60,263 nt of DNA from Ruminococcus sp. (GTDB lineage: Bacteria; Bacillota; Clostridia; Oscillospirales; Ruminococcaceae), in the NCBI GenBank assembly GCA_017513795.1, contig JAFXEJ010000102.1:1-60263 (forward strand), read 5' to 3'. The translations under genes and the position numbers were made by a program. Under the pieces are notes generated by a model that made no database searches, was not told the origin of the DNA, and was given only the letters and a program-made list of their open reading frames with translations. Shown in pieces: positions 9,151-18,609 of this stretch; the first letter of the stretch is position 1, and every line of letters begins with the position of its first letter.

Positions 9151-10458
9151 TCATTTTTCGTCGAGCATAGCTCTGATGGACGGACTGTTTTTGGTAAGCT
9201 TTCTCACCGATACATTATCCACCTTTTCGTTTGCTAAACGGAGCTGATTTCCTGATTTGAGGAGACTTTCCTTCACCTTGTTAAGATGTTCAATAGTCTT
9301 GTCGATTTCAGATATAGCTTCATCGAAGCGTTTTGCCGCCTGATTGTAATTATACCCGAATTTATCCTTGAAATCAGCGAATGCAGCTTCAAAATTCTGA
9401 AGATCAATATCCTGCTGCTGCATACGGAAAAGTTCCTGTTTGGCGGAAAGATTTGTGAGCGCAGCATTTCTCAGCAGTGTTATAAGCGGAATGAAAAACT
9501 GCGGACGGATAACGTACATTTTTTCGTATTTGTACGACATATCAACGATACCCTGATTATAATAATCGTTATCGCTTTCAAGCAGACTTACAAGAACCGC
9601 ATATTCGCATTTCTTTTCACGTCTGTCCTTGTCGAGTTCTTTCAGAAAATGGTCATTAGTCTTTTTAGTTGACGTTGTATCCATTTCGTTTTTCATTTCA
9701 AACATTATACTGATGATTTCAACGTCATTTTCGTCGTATTCTCTGAAAATATAGTCGCCTTTTGAGCCGGATTTTGAGACGAGATTATCTTTTCCGAATT
9801 CAGCATTAGGAAACGCTGCCATACGGATTTTGTTAAATTCGATTTCACAGTGCTGTTCAAGTGATTCGCCTATCATTTTTGTAGACTGACGAGCCTTGAA
9901 ATCCTTGTAGAAATCACGTTCACGTTCTGCGTTTTCCTTGTCGGAATTCAGGGAAGCAATTTTCTTATCATATTCAGATTTTGTATCAATAATAGCCTGC
10001 TGAATGTCGATTTCGGACTGCTTCACAGCCAAAGCAAGATCATTTCTGGCTTTCTGAGCTTCATCTTTAAGGGAATCAGCTTCATTTTTAGCTTCTGAAA
10101 GGATTTTTTCGTATTTCAGACGTTCTTCCTGAGCAGATTCGATTTTCGCAAGACGAATACTGCTTTCATAATTTTTTTCAGCCGCCTCAGCCTGAGCCTT
10201 TAATTCAGCGAAATCAAGCTGGAGTTTTTCAGCCTTGATTCTTTCGGCTTCAAGAAGCTTTTCCGATTTTTCACGTTCAGCTATAATAGCCTCATTGACG
10301 GCATTTTCACGCTGAACGTCGTAATTTTTCTTAGCGTCTGTAAGTCGTGCGTTGAGTTCCTTTTCAAATTCCTTTGTGCGGATCTGTTCACGGATTCGAT
10401 CAGCGATATCCTCTGACAGATCGAAGAAATTGTTGCATTTAGGACACTTTATTTCCAT
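9151..10458 (-). CDS. DUF2130 family protein (CxxC, coiled coil, nuclease-like C-terminus)
   Basis: IKCPKC; STKMIGESLEQHC; SKGDYIFR; IMFEMKNE; KKCEYAVLVS. Confidence 0.85.
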   Translation of the reverse strand: MEIKCPKCNNFFDLSEDIADRIREQIRTKEFEKELNARLTDAKKNYDVQRENAVNEAIIAEREKSEKLLEAERIKAEKLQLDFAELKAQAEAAEKNYESSIRLAKIESAQEERLKYEKILSEAKNEADSLKDEAQKARNDLALAVKQSEIDIQQAIIDTKSEYDKKIASLNSDKENAERERDFYKDFKARQSTKMIGESLEQHCEIEFNKIRMAAFPNAEFGKDNLVSKSGSKGDYIFREYDENDVEIISIMFEMKNEMDTTSTKKTNDHFLKELDKDRREKKCEYAVLVSLLESDNDYYNQGIVDMSYKYEKMYVIRPQFFIPLITLLRNAALTNLSAKQELFRMQQQDIDLQNFEAAFADFKDKFGYNYNQAAKRFDEAISEIDKTIEHLNKVKESLLKSGNQLRLANEKVDNVSVRKLTKNSPSIRAMLDEK

Positions 10459-10484
10459 AAGTACACGTTCCCTTCTGCGGAAAA

Positions 10485-11483
10485 TCAGCCCTTATCCACG
10501 AAGCCGACCTTTCTGTAAACCTTTGAAAGGATGCGCTGAGAGTATCTGAGAGCCTTTTCAGCGCCCTCAGTGTAGCATTTTTTCAGATATTCCTTGTCCT
10601 TGGAAAGACGAGCGAATTCAGTGCGTACAGGTTCAAGATGATCTGCGACTGCCTCACCGACAGCAAGCTTGAAATCGCCGTATCCCTTGCCGGCGAATTC
10701 AGATTCGATAGAAGCGAAATCCTTGCCGGTAACAGTGGAATAGATAGTCATAAGATTGTTTATGCCGTCCTTGCCGTCACGGTAGCAGACTTCAGTTTCG
10801 CTGTCTGTAACGGCACGCTTGAATTTGCGGATGATAGTATCCTTATCGTCGAGGATAAGAATAACCGCATTGGGATTATCATCAGATTTGGACATTTTCT
10901 TTGTCGGATCTTGAAGTGACATAACCTTTGCTCCTACCTTTGGGATGTAAGGCTCAGGGAGCGTAAAGAAGTCGCCGTAACGCTGATTAAAGCGCTGAGC
11001 GATATTTCTTGCAAGCTCAAGATGCTGCTTCTGATCGACGCCTACAGGCACGAGATCAGCGTTGTAAGCAAGGATATCAGCAGCCATAAGAACGGGATAG
11101 GTAAAGAGACCGGAGTTGATATCATCGGGGTGACGCTGGCTCTTATCCTTGAACTGAGTCATTCGGGAAAGCTCGCCGAACTGCGTATTACAGCCGAGAA
11201 CCCAGCTTAATTCTGCGTGAGTTTTAACATGGCTCTGGATAAAGAGGATAGATTTTTCCGGATCAATTCCGCAAGCCATAAGAAGCGCATAGGAATTGAG
11301 ACTGCTCTGACGGAGCTTCACGGGATCCTGCTTTACAGTGATAGCATGCATATCAACAACGCAGTAAATGCAGTTGTATTCATCCTGAAGGGGACCCCAG
11401 TTTCTTACGGCGCCGATGTAGTTGCCGAGAGTGAAGGTTCCGGTAGGCTGAATACCGCTGAAAATCAGCTTTTTATCTTCCAT
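10485..11483 (-). CDS. trpS: Tryptophanyl-tRNA synthetase
   Basis: SGIQPTG..TLGNY, YPVLMAADIL, VPVG.DQ.QH, KMSKS. Confidence 0.97.
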   Translation of the reverse strand: MEDKKLIFSGIQPTGTFTLGNYIGAVRNWGPLQDEYNCIYCVVDMHAITVKQDPVKLRQSSLNSYALLMACGIDPEKSILFIQSHVKTHAELSWVLGCNTQFGELSRMTQFKDKSQRHPDDINSGLFTYPVLMAADILAYNADLVPVGVDQKQHLELARNIAQRFNQRYGDFFTLPEPYIPKVGAKVMSLQDPTKKMSKSDDNPNAVILILDDKDTIIRKFKRAVTDSETEVCYRDGKDGINNLMTIYSTVTGKDFASIESEFAGKGYGDFKLAVGEAVADHLEPVRTEFARLSKDKEYLKKCYTEGAEKALRYSQRILSKVYRKVGFVDKG

Positions 11484-11514
11484 AGTCAAAAATTCTCCTT
11501 AAAGACTGCCGTCA

Positions 11515-12039
11515 TTACTTAATAGGATTTCTGCCTGTTGCAGCGGCATCCTTGAGCTGACAGTTTCTGAGTTCGCTGAGAACACGCTGATAAAGCACAT
11601 AAATAGTACGCTTTTCAACTTCGTCTTCAGGAATAAGTCCGCTGGGGAAATTCACCTTGTAAACGCCGCCTCTTGTAAGAAGGAAAACATTGTTGCTTCT
11701 GTCTGTAGGAAGGTCATATTTAGTAGTTTTTTCAGCCTTGGGAAGAAGCTGACCAGCGTTAGCTACGAGAGTATGCGCAGCCTGAACGAGGTTTCTGTGC
11801 TTCTGAGCAGCGCCTGTATATTCGCCGCCGTTGTTGAAGTAAAGATTTGCTGCACCGTTGATATAGCAAACCATAGTTGTAAGAATTTCGGGTGACATAG
11901 GGATATCTACAATAACACCATAAACGTCGTTTTTCTTTAAGTCGATGTTGAATACATGAGAGGGGAAGTTAATAGCCTGTCCTCTTGTCATAAGGTATTT
12001 CTGTGTGACAGAATATCTGCCTGTGTTTCTGTTTGGCAT
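11515..12039 (-). CDS. Hypothetical protein
   Basis: 174-aa ORF with AAAGGA RBS, tightly packed between aminotransferase and trpS. Confidence 0.8.
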   Translation of the reverse strand: MPNRNTGRYSVTQKYLMTRGQAINFPSHVFNIDLKKNDVYGVIVDIPMSPEILTTMVCYINGAANLYFNNGGEYTGAAQKHRNLVQAAHTLVANAGQLLPKAEKTTKYDLPTDRSNNVFLLTRGGVYKVNFPSGLIPEDEVEKRTIYVLYQRVLSELRNCQLKDAAATGRNPIK

Positions 12040-12070
12040 AGTAATTAGTCCTTTCGTTTTTAGAATTTAT

Positions 12071-13264
12071 TTAATCAAGCATATCTCTTGTCATAGCGGC
12101 AAGGATTTCCATTCCCTTTTTAATCTGCTCATTTGTTGGAGTTGAGTAGTTAAGGCGGAAGGAGCTGCATTTATCATTTTCGCTGATGCTGAATGAATTT
12201 CCCGGAACGATAGCGATCTTGTATTCCTCAACAGCCTTCTTGCAGAAGGACATCATATCGCAGTTTTCGGGGAGAGTGCACCAGATAAAGAGACCGCCCT
12301 CCGGTCTGATATAGGATATCTTTTTGGAGAAGCCGTTTTCTATATAGCTGAGCATAAGCTCTGCTTTTTCTCTGTAGATGCTGCGGAGCTTGTTGAAATG
12401 CTCCTCACGGTCTATAGAAGTCATGAAGCGGTGAGAAATAACCTGTGCCCAGATGTTGGAGTGAACGTCAGATACCTGTTTGCAGACAACGATCTTTTGA
12501 ATGATCGGAGCCGGTGCAGATACGAAGCCTGTTCTGAATCCGGGGGAGATAAGCTTTGAGAATGTGCTGGAGTAGATAACACGTCCCTCTGTGTCAAGAC
12601 TCTTGATAGAGGGGATATTTTCGCCGGCAAAACGAAGCTCACCGTATGGATCATCCTCAAGGATGATGAAATCATACTTGCATGCAAGATCGTAGACAGC
12701 CTTTCTCTTTGCGAAAGACATTGTGCGTCCTGTAGGATTCTGGAAATTCGGGATAAGATACAGAATCTTTACATTGTTGTCTGTTTTAAGGACAGCTTCA
12801 AGCTTTTCGAGATCAATTCCGTCGTCCTCCATTTCGATACCCTTGAGGTTAACGTTGTAGGAGCGGAATGCATTAAGAGAGCCGATAAAGCTCGGTGCTT
12901 CGCAGAGAAGTGTATCTCCTTCGTTGAGGAGAACCTTGCATGAAAGCTCGTTAGCCTGCTGACCGCCGGATGTGATGATAAGGTCATCTGTTCCGGAACG
13001 GAAGCATCCTTTTTCTGTCATCCAGCCTTTGAGGTAGTCTCTCAGCGGAGTGTAGCCTTCAGTAATACTGTACTGGAGAGCAAGGATAGGATCATTTCTG
13101 AGCAGTTCATCGGAGAGCTCAGCAATGCGTTCAGCGGGGAAAGCTTCCGGAGCAGGATTTCCGGCAGCAAAAGAGATAACGCTGGGATCAGCGGTATGTT
13201 TAAGTATCTCACGGATAGCAGAAGCCTGCAGGCCGCTTACTTTATCGGAAAATTTATATTCCAT
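12071..13264 (-). CDS. PLP-dependent aminotransferase class I/II (LysN/ARO8-like)
   Basis: ISFAAGNP, FQNPTG, EDDPY, TFSKL.PG.R; start set at MEYKF. Confidence 0.9.
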   Translation of the reverse strand: MEYKFSDKVSGLQASAIREILKHTADPSVISFAAGNPAPEAFPAERIAELSDELLRNDPILALQYSITEGYTPLRDYLKGWMTEKGCFRSGTDDLIITSGGQQANELSCKVLLNEGDTLLCEAPSFIGSLNAFRSYNVNLKGIEMEDDGIDLEKLEAVLKTDNNVKILYLIPNFQNPTGRTMSFAKRKAVYDLACKYDFIILEDDPYGELRFAGENIPSIKSLDTEGRVIYSSTFSKLISPGFRTGFVSAPAPIIQKIVVCKQVSDVHSNIWAQVISHRFMTSIDREEHFNKLRSIYREKAELMLSYIENGFSKKISYIRPEGGLFIWCTLPENCDMMSFCKKAVEEYKIAIVPGNSFSISENDKCSSFRLNYSTPTNEQIKKGMEILAAMTRDMLD

Positions 13265-13368
13265 GAAAAAAACCAACCTTTCATATATATACATGAGACA
13301 GTGCGGCACGTTTAAGTGCGGCAGACTGAGCAAAACTTTTCATGAGCAATGCAGTAAAGTCTGTTATT

Positions 13369-13397
13369 ATTATACCACATATTTTTCAATTCTGCAA
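13369..13397 (-). promoter_or_regulatory. sigmaA-type promoter of aminotransferase-hyp-trpS-DUF2130 unit
   Basis: TTGCAG-17-TATAAT with TG extended -10. Confidence 0.6.
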
Positions 13398-13496
13398 CAT
13401 ATATTTGTAAAAACCGTATTCTTTAGGCAACAATGCACAAAGTTGACAGCCAATAATTGTACGGTATGTCATTGGAAAAAAGAAAGAGTTGATTAT

Positions 13497-15116
13497 ATGA
13501 AAAAGCAATCGTTTATCAAGGGTTCGCTCATACTTATGCTTTCAGCCGTAGCGGCAAAAATACTCGGAGCATTTTTCAAGATACCGCTGACGAATATTCT
13601 CGGCGGCATAGGAATGAGCTATTTCAGCTGTGCATATAGTCTGTTCATGCCGGTTTATGCTCTTACGGTGACGGGAGTTTCATCGGCTGTTGCACGGATG
13701 ACGGCGCAGAGTATGGCTCTTGGAATGGCTGAAAATGCACGAAAAATCCGCCGGACGGCTCTTTTGGTGTTTTCCGCCGCCGGACTTGCCGGAAGTATAC
13801 TTACATTTCTGCTTGCAAAGCCGTTCAGCGTGTATTCGGTTAATAGTCCTCAGGCGGCAGCGGCAGTAGCGATGATATCTCCGGCAGTGTTTTTCGGATG
13901 CATAACAGCCGTAGAACGTGGATATTACGAGGGATTGAGCAATATGTATCCCACAGCGCTGTCACAGGTTGCGGAGGGTGTAGTAAAGGTGTTCGGCGGC
14001 TTATGGCTGTGCGGATATGTAACTTCACACAGCGAAGATGTTATGAGATTTTTCCCTGGAATCACAGATGTCCGTGCAGTAGCCGCTGCCGCCGGAATCA
14101 TGGGTGTAACGCTTTCATCTCTGGGAGCAGTTTTATTTTTTGCTGTCCTGAGATTATTCAGCCGGCGTGAGATATCCGCTGAAAAAACGGTCATGAGCGG
14201 CAGAAGAATTACCCGTGAACTGATAGGAACTGCACTTCCGACGGGAATAAGCGCACTTGTAACGAATCTTACTGCGCTCATTGATATGTGGACGGTAATT
14301 GGCTGTATATCGTACTTCGGAACGTCTGTGCAAGCTCCGTTAGGAGTATCTCCGGAGGAACTTCCGCATTTTATATACGGTTCATTTGCCGGAATTGCAA
14401 TAACAGTATTCAATCTTGTTCCGTCGGTAACGAATATGCTCGGCAAGGGTGCGCTGACTTGCATAACAGACCACTGGGAATCCGGAAGACGCAGCGCACT
14501 TGAAAGGAGTTCTTCACAGGCGATACTTACATCGCTTGTGATAGCAGTTCCGGCGGCGGCTGGAATGATAGTACTTGCTCCGGAGATAATGGCATTTTTA
14601 TTTCCAAGGCAGTCGGATGAGGTTGCGGTGTGTATAAATTCCCTCCGCCTTATGATGCCGGGAATGGTCTTTCTGTGTGTATCTTATCCGCTTTTCAGTA
14701 TGCTTCAGGCAATAGGAAAGCCGGTTCTTCCGCTGAAAATAATGCTTCTCGGAACGGCAGTCAAGCTTGTAGGGAATCTCGTGCTTATTCCATCAATGGG
14801 CGTTGACGGAGCAGCACTTTCCACGACGATATGCTACGGAGTGATACTGGCGGTATCGCTGACAGCTTTTGCGAGAGCATCCGGAGTACATATAAGTGCC
14901 GCTCCGGTCATGGGAGTGCTCTATGCCGGAATAATGTGCGGAGGTACGGCATATCTCACGGCATCCGCTGCGGAATCCCATAGTGCCGGCGAGATAACAG
15001 TGATAATTCTTTCTGCGCTCACAGGCGGAATAACGTATATTCTGACTGTTCTGTATACTGGAAAAAATAGTTTCGGAAAAGAAAAAATATTGAAAAAAGG
15101 GACGCCTTGCAAGTGA
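13497..15116 (+). CDS. SpoVB/MurJ-like polysaccharide or lipid II flippase (MOP superfamily)
   Basis: MKKQSFIKGSLIL..AKILGAFFKIPL; many TM helices; P.A.SQV.E motif. Confidence 0.85.
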   Translation: MKKQSFIKGSLILMLSAVAAKILGAFFKIPLTNILGGIGMSYFSCAYSLFMPVYALTVTGVSSAVARMTAQSMALGMAENARKIRRTALLVFSAAGLAGSILTFLLAKPFSVYSVNSPQAAAAVAMISPAVFFGCITAVERGYYEGLSNMYPTALSQVAEGVVKVFGGLWLCGYVTSHSEDVMRFFPGITDVRAVAAAAGIMGVTLSSLGAVLFFAVLRLFSRREISAEKTVMSGRRITRELIGTALPTGISALVTNLTALIDMWTVIGCISYFGTSVQAPLGVSPEELPHFIYGSFAGIAITVFNLVPSVTNMLGKGALTCITDHWESGRRSALERSSSQAILTSLVIAVPAAAGMIVLAPEIMAFLFPRQSDEVAVCINSLRLMMPGMVFLCVSYPLFSMLQAIGKPVLPLKIMLLGTAVKLVGNLVLIPSMGVDGAALSTTICYGVILAVSLTAFARASGVHISAAPVMGVLYAGIMCGGTAYLTASAAESHSAGEITVIILSALTGGITYILTVLYTGKNSFGKEKILKKGTPCK

Positions 15117-15128
15117 AGGCGTCCCCTT
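15096..15128. terminator. Bidirectional terminator
   Basis: AAAGGGACGCCTT-loop-AAGGCGTCCCTTT between convergent genes. Confidence 0.8.
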
Positions 15129-15158
15129 TGGAGCAATATTAAATAATTATTCGTGACA

Positions 15159-15794
15159 TTACTGTACAGGCTTGATATCGTCGGGAGTAACCTTAACCTC
15201 GATAACTGTCTGCTTGTTAGTATCAACGTTCTGTGTAGGATAGAAGCCTACAGTGAATTCGTTGAGATCAGCCGGAACTTCAAATCCGCAGATATATCCG
15301 GAGAAAGTGCCGTTAGCCGGAACAATGATGGGATCCTGTACAATAGTGATATCCTTGAGAGAATTTCTTGCGAAGAACATTGTTGAAAGGTCAGAAGTCT
15401 CAATCAGATTCTGTCCGTGAAGAATGTAGAAGTTGTTAAGGCTGCTGAGACTGTAATCTTCGGAAGTAGTATTTGAGATATCAACATTGAGATAGATATA
15501 CTTCTTGCCGTTTGAGCCCTGAACACCGGCATCTACAACAGAATTAAGCTTGAAAACTGTATCGTTTGCATCAGCTTCTTCCTCGATTTCAGCTTCAATC
15601 TGATTTTCACCGAGAGCGGGATTGAGAGTTGCAGGCTGAGGAGGATTCTTTGTAGTATCTTCGTTTCCGGGATTATCATAGTCAGAAATTGACTTGTCTG
15701 TTTTGCTGTCATTGTCCTTCTTTTCGCATGATGCGGATACGGAAAAAGCCATAGCTCCGCAGAGAAGAAGTGCTGAGATTTTTGAAATTTTCAT
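15159..15794 (-). CDS. Lipoprotein, DUF4352-like
   Basis: Signal peptide ending SASC; G.I.FEVP..F..GFYP pattern. Confidence 0.65.
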   Translation of the reverse strand: MKISKISALLLCGAMAFSVSASCEKKDNDSKTDKSISDYDNPGNEDTTKNPPQPATLNPALGENQIEAEIEEEADANDTVFKLNSVVDAGVQGSNGKKYIYLNVDISNTTSEDYSLSSLNNFYILHGQNLIETSDLSTMFFARNSLKDITIVQDPIIVPANGTFSGYICGFEVPADLNEFTVGFYPTQNVDTNKQTVIEVKVTPDDIKPVQ

Positions 15795-15827
15795 GTTTTT
15801 GCCTCACTTTTATAGATGTTTTTTATA

Positions 15828-15856
15828 AGTATATCACAATAAGATAATTGTGTCAA
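15828..15856 (-). promoter_or_regulatory. sigmaA-type promoter
   Basis: TTGACA-17-TATACT with TG extended -10. Confidence 0.7.
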
Positions 15857-15881
15857 GTGGAAAATAATATTAATGCAGAAA

Positions 15882-16721
15882 TTACTTTCTGATTTTCATT
15901 GAGATATCAAAGCATTTAACAGAATGTGTAAGTGCTCCGAGGGAAATGATATCAACGCCTGTTTCTGCAACAGAGCGGATATTTTCAGCTGTAACGTTTC
16001 CGGAAGCTTCAAGGAGAGCACGTCCGCCGGTAATTTCAACAGCCTGAGCCATTTCCTCACAGCTCATGTTGTCGAGCATAATGATTTCTGCCTTAGTGTC
16101 AAGAGCTTCTTTAAGCTCGTCAAGAGTTCTTACCTCGACCTCGATTTTTACCGTATGACCGATTTTTTCACGGAGAGCGGCTACAGCGGCGGTAATTCCG
16201 CCGTAAGCGTCGATGTGGTTATCCTTCAGCATTGCGGCATCGGAAAGATTGAAGCGGTGATTCTTTCCGCCTCCGACAGTCACGGCATATTTCTGGAGCG
16301 CACGGAGACCGGGGAGAGTCTTTCTTGTATCGGTAACGGAAGCGTTAGTTCCGCTGACGAGTTCTACGCACTTATTTGTGGCAGTAGCGATACCGGACAT
16401 ATGCTGGAGAAGATTGAGGGCAGTTCTTTCGCCCTTAAGGAGAGTGAGCGTACTTCCTTCAAGCTCAGCGATGATATCGCCCTTGTTTACCTTTGTACCG
16501 TCTTTGAGAAGGATATTGAACTCAACATTTCCGCCGGCAAGCTCAAAAACACGCTTTGCGACTTCGATTCCGCAGACAACGCCTGTATCTTTTGCGACAT
16601 AGTAAGCAGAGCTTCTGTGTTCTTCGGGGATAAGATTATCCGCAGCGGCGTCGATATAGTTGATATCCTCCATGAGGGCTGTTGTGATGATATTGTCGAT
16701 ATAGCATTGTAAAAGCTTCAT
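15882..16721 (-). CDS. nadC: Quinolinate phosphoribosyltransferase
   Basis: ERTALN, DTRKT.PG, HRF.LSD..MLKDNH, IMLDN, EASG. Confidence 0.96.
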   Translation of the reverse strand: MKLLQCYIDNIITTALMEDINYIDAAADNLIPEEHRSSAYYVAKDTGVVCGIEVAKRVFELAGGNVEFNILLKDGTKVNKGDIIAELEGSTLTLLKGERTALNLLQHMSGIATATNKCVELVSGTNASVTDTRKTLPGLRALQKYAVTVGGGKNHRFNLSDAAMLKDNHIDAYGGITAAVAALREKIGHTVKIEVEVRTLDELKEALDTKAEIIMLDNMSCEEMAQAVEITGGRALLEASGNVTAENIRSVAETGVDIISLGALTHSVKCFDISMKIRK

Positions 16722-16732
16722 AATGATCTCCT

Positions 16733-18190
16733 TTACTGAGTTACTTCTCTGAGGATTATTTCCGCAACTGTAACGATAGATTTTGCAAGAACGTAATCTG
16801 CGTCAACGAGATAATTTCCGGTAAGCAGATCCTTGCGGATTTCCTCGATGCGTTTAAGACCTTCTGCGGCAGCCTTTTTGTCGGGAATTACAAAGTGAGC
16901 CTGCTGCATGATATTTCTTGTTTCTGTACGGGTTCCCTTGGGAATGCGGCTGTTTCCGATGTGAGCGTCAAATTCAGCTTCTTCAAAGCTGTCCGGAGCC
17001 GAATCAAGACGTGAAGCGATAGTATCAGCGGCATGGCGTGAGAATACAAGAGCTTCAAGAAGTGAGTTGCTTGCAAGTCTGTTGCTGCCGTGAACGCCTG
17101 TGTGAGAGCATTCACCGCAGGCAAAGAGATTGGGGAGGGTAGTCTCGGAGTTCATATCAACGTCTATACCACCCATGAGATAGTGCTGACACGGATAGAT
17201 CGGGATAGGCTCTTTTGTGAGATCATAGCCCTGTTCCATAAGATTGCTGTAGATCATAGGGAAGCGTTTTTTGAGGAAATCGCTGTCCTTGTAGCTTATA
17301 TCGAGGAAAAACTCGGTAGAATTCTGTTTTCTTGCTTCAAGAATGATAGAGTGTGAAACAACATCTCTTGGTGCAAGTTCAAGACGCTGATCGTAATTGT
17401 GCATGAAGCGTTCCTTCTTGCAGTTGAGGAGGTAAGCTCCCTCACCACGGACAGCTTCTGAGATAAGGAAGCACTCACGGGTTTCCTTGTTGTTGAAAGC
17501 CGTCGGGTGGAACTGAACATAACTGAGATTTCTTATTTTTGCGCCCATTTCGTAAGCGAAAGTAATACCGTCGCCCGTAGCGATAGCCGAATTTGTAGTG
17601 AATTTATATACTCTGCCGATACCGCCTGTAGCAAGAATCATAAAGTGGCAGTTACAGGTTTCGTACGAATTATCGGGCATTTTCAGGAAAGCAGAATATC
17701 CGGTGGAAGTCTTTTTCACTTCACACATGAAAGTGTTTTCCATGATATCCACGTTATCGAGAGTCTGAACATAGCTGAGAAGCTTTGAAGCGATTTCCTT
17801 GCCGGTAGAATCAGCGTGGTGGAAGATACGGTGATGGCTGTGACCGCCTTCGAGGGTACGGTGATAGGAGCCGTCCGGATTTTTATCGAAGTCAACGCCA
17901 AGATTTATGATACGCTCGATATCCTGTGCAGCTTCATTAACAAGAGTGTGAACAGCTTCAACGTTGTTTTTGAATCCGCCGGCGATCATAGTATCATTCT
18001 GATGATACTGAGGATTATCAGACGGCGAATCATAGACACCTGCGATTCCGCCCTGAGCGAGGGAGGAGTTGCAGAGAGCGAGATCACGCTTGCAGAGAAT
18101 AAGGATATTAAGATGAGAAGGAAGATTTATTGCGGCATAGAGACCAGCGGCTCCGCAGCCAGCGATGATGACATCATAGTTACGAGACAT
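16733..18190 (-). CDS. nadB: L-aspartate oxidase
   Basis: AQGGIA, EGGHS, QFHPT, SEAVRGEG, ELAPRDVV, HG.NRLASNSL; start at MSRNY. Confidence 0.94.
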   Translation of the reverse strand: MSRNYDVIIAGCGAAGLYAAINLPSHLNILILCKRDLALCNSSLAQGGIAGVYDSPSDNPQYHQNDTMIAGGFKNNVEAVHTLVNEAAQDIERIINLGVDFDKNPDGSYHRTLEGGHSHHRIFHHADSTGKEIASKLLSYVQTLDNVDIMENTFMCEVKKTSTGYSAFLKMPDNSYETCNCHFMILATGGIGRVYKFTTNSAIATGDGITFAYEMGAKIRNLSYVQFHPTAFNNKETRECFLISEAVRGEGAYLLNCKKERFMHNYDQRLELAPRDVVSHSIILEARKQNSTEFFLDISYKDSDFLKKRFPMIYSNLMEQGYDLTKEPIPIYPCQHYLMGGIDVDMNSETTLPNLFACGECSHTGVHGSNRLASNSLLEALVFSRHAADTIASRLDSAPDSFEEAEFDAHIGNSRIPKGTRTETRNIMQQAHFVIPDKKAAAEGLKRIEEIRKDLLTGNYLVDADYVLAKSIVTVAEIILREVTQ

Positions 18191-18286
18191 ATGATCACGT
18201 CCTTTTTGTAAATATATACTTATTTTATTATAACACATATTTCTTTAAATGTCACTACCTTTTGAGAAAATAGTAGTGATTTTCGC

Positions 18287-18322
18287 AAAAAAAATAAACA
18301 GCCCTCTGAAAAGAGAGCTGTT
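18287..18322 (-). terminator. Terminator of ferredoxin gene
   Basis: AACAGCTCTCT-loop-AGAGGGCTGTT then T run on minus strand. Confidence 0.7.
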
Positions 18323-18341
18323 CATCGCAGTTCTGATAGAA

Positions 18342-18533
<192 letters not shown>

Positions 18534-18609
18534 TTAAGAGCGATGCTCTTATTTAATTATATTGTAACATATTTTCTGAAAAAATCAAGCTTTTTTTGTT
18601 AGTCGTGAC

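Noticed and set aside
10492-10500. DnaA-box-like TTATCCACG
   Set aside because: Single mismatched site inside trpS coding sequence
13125-13496. 124-aa N-terminal extension of the flippase ORF
   Set aside because: Overlaps the divergent gene and its promoter; family-like sequence begins at MKKQSF (13497)
15924-16712. 262-aa antisense ORF over nadC (likewise 454-1068, 19733-20557, 45966-46559, 52317-52958)
   Set aside because: Shadow frames of well-supported genes with no recognisable motifs
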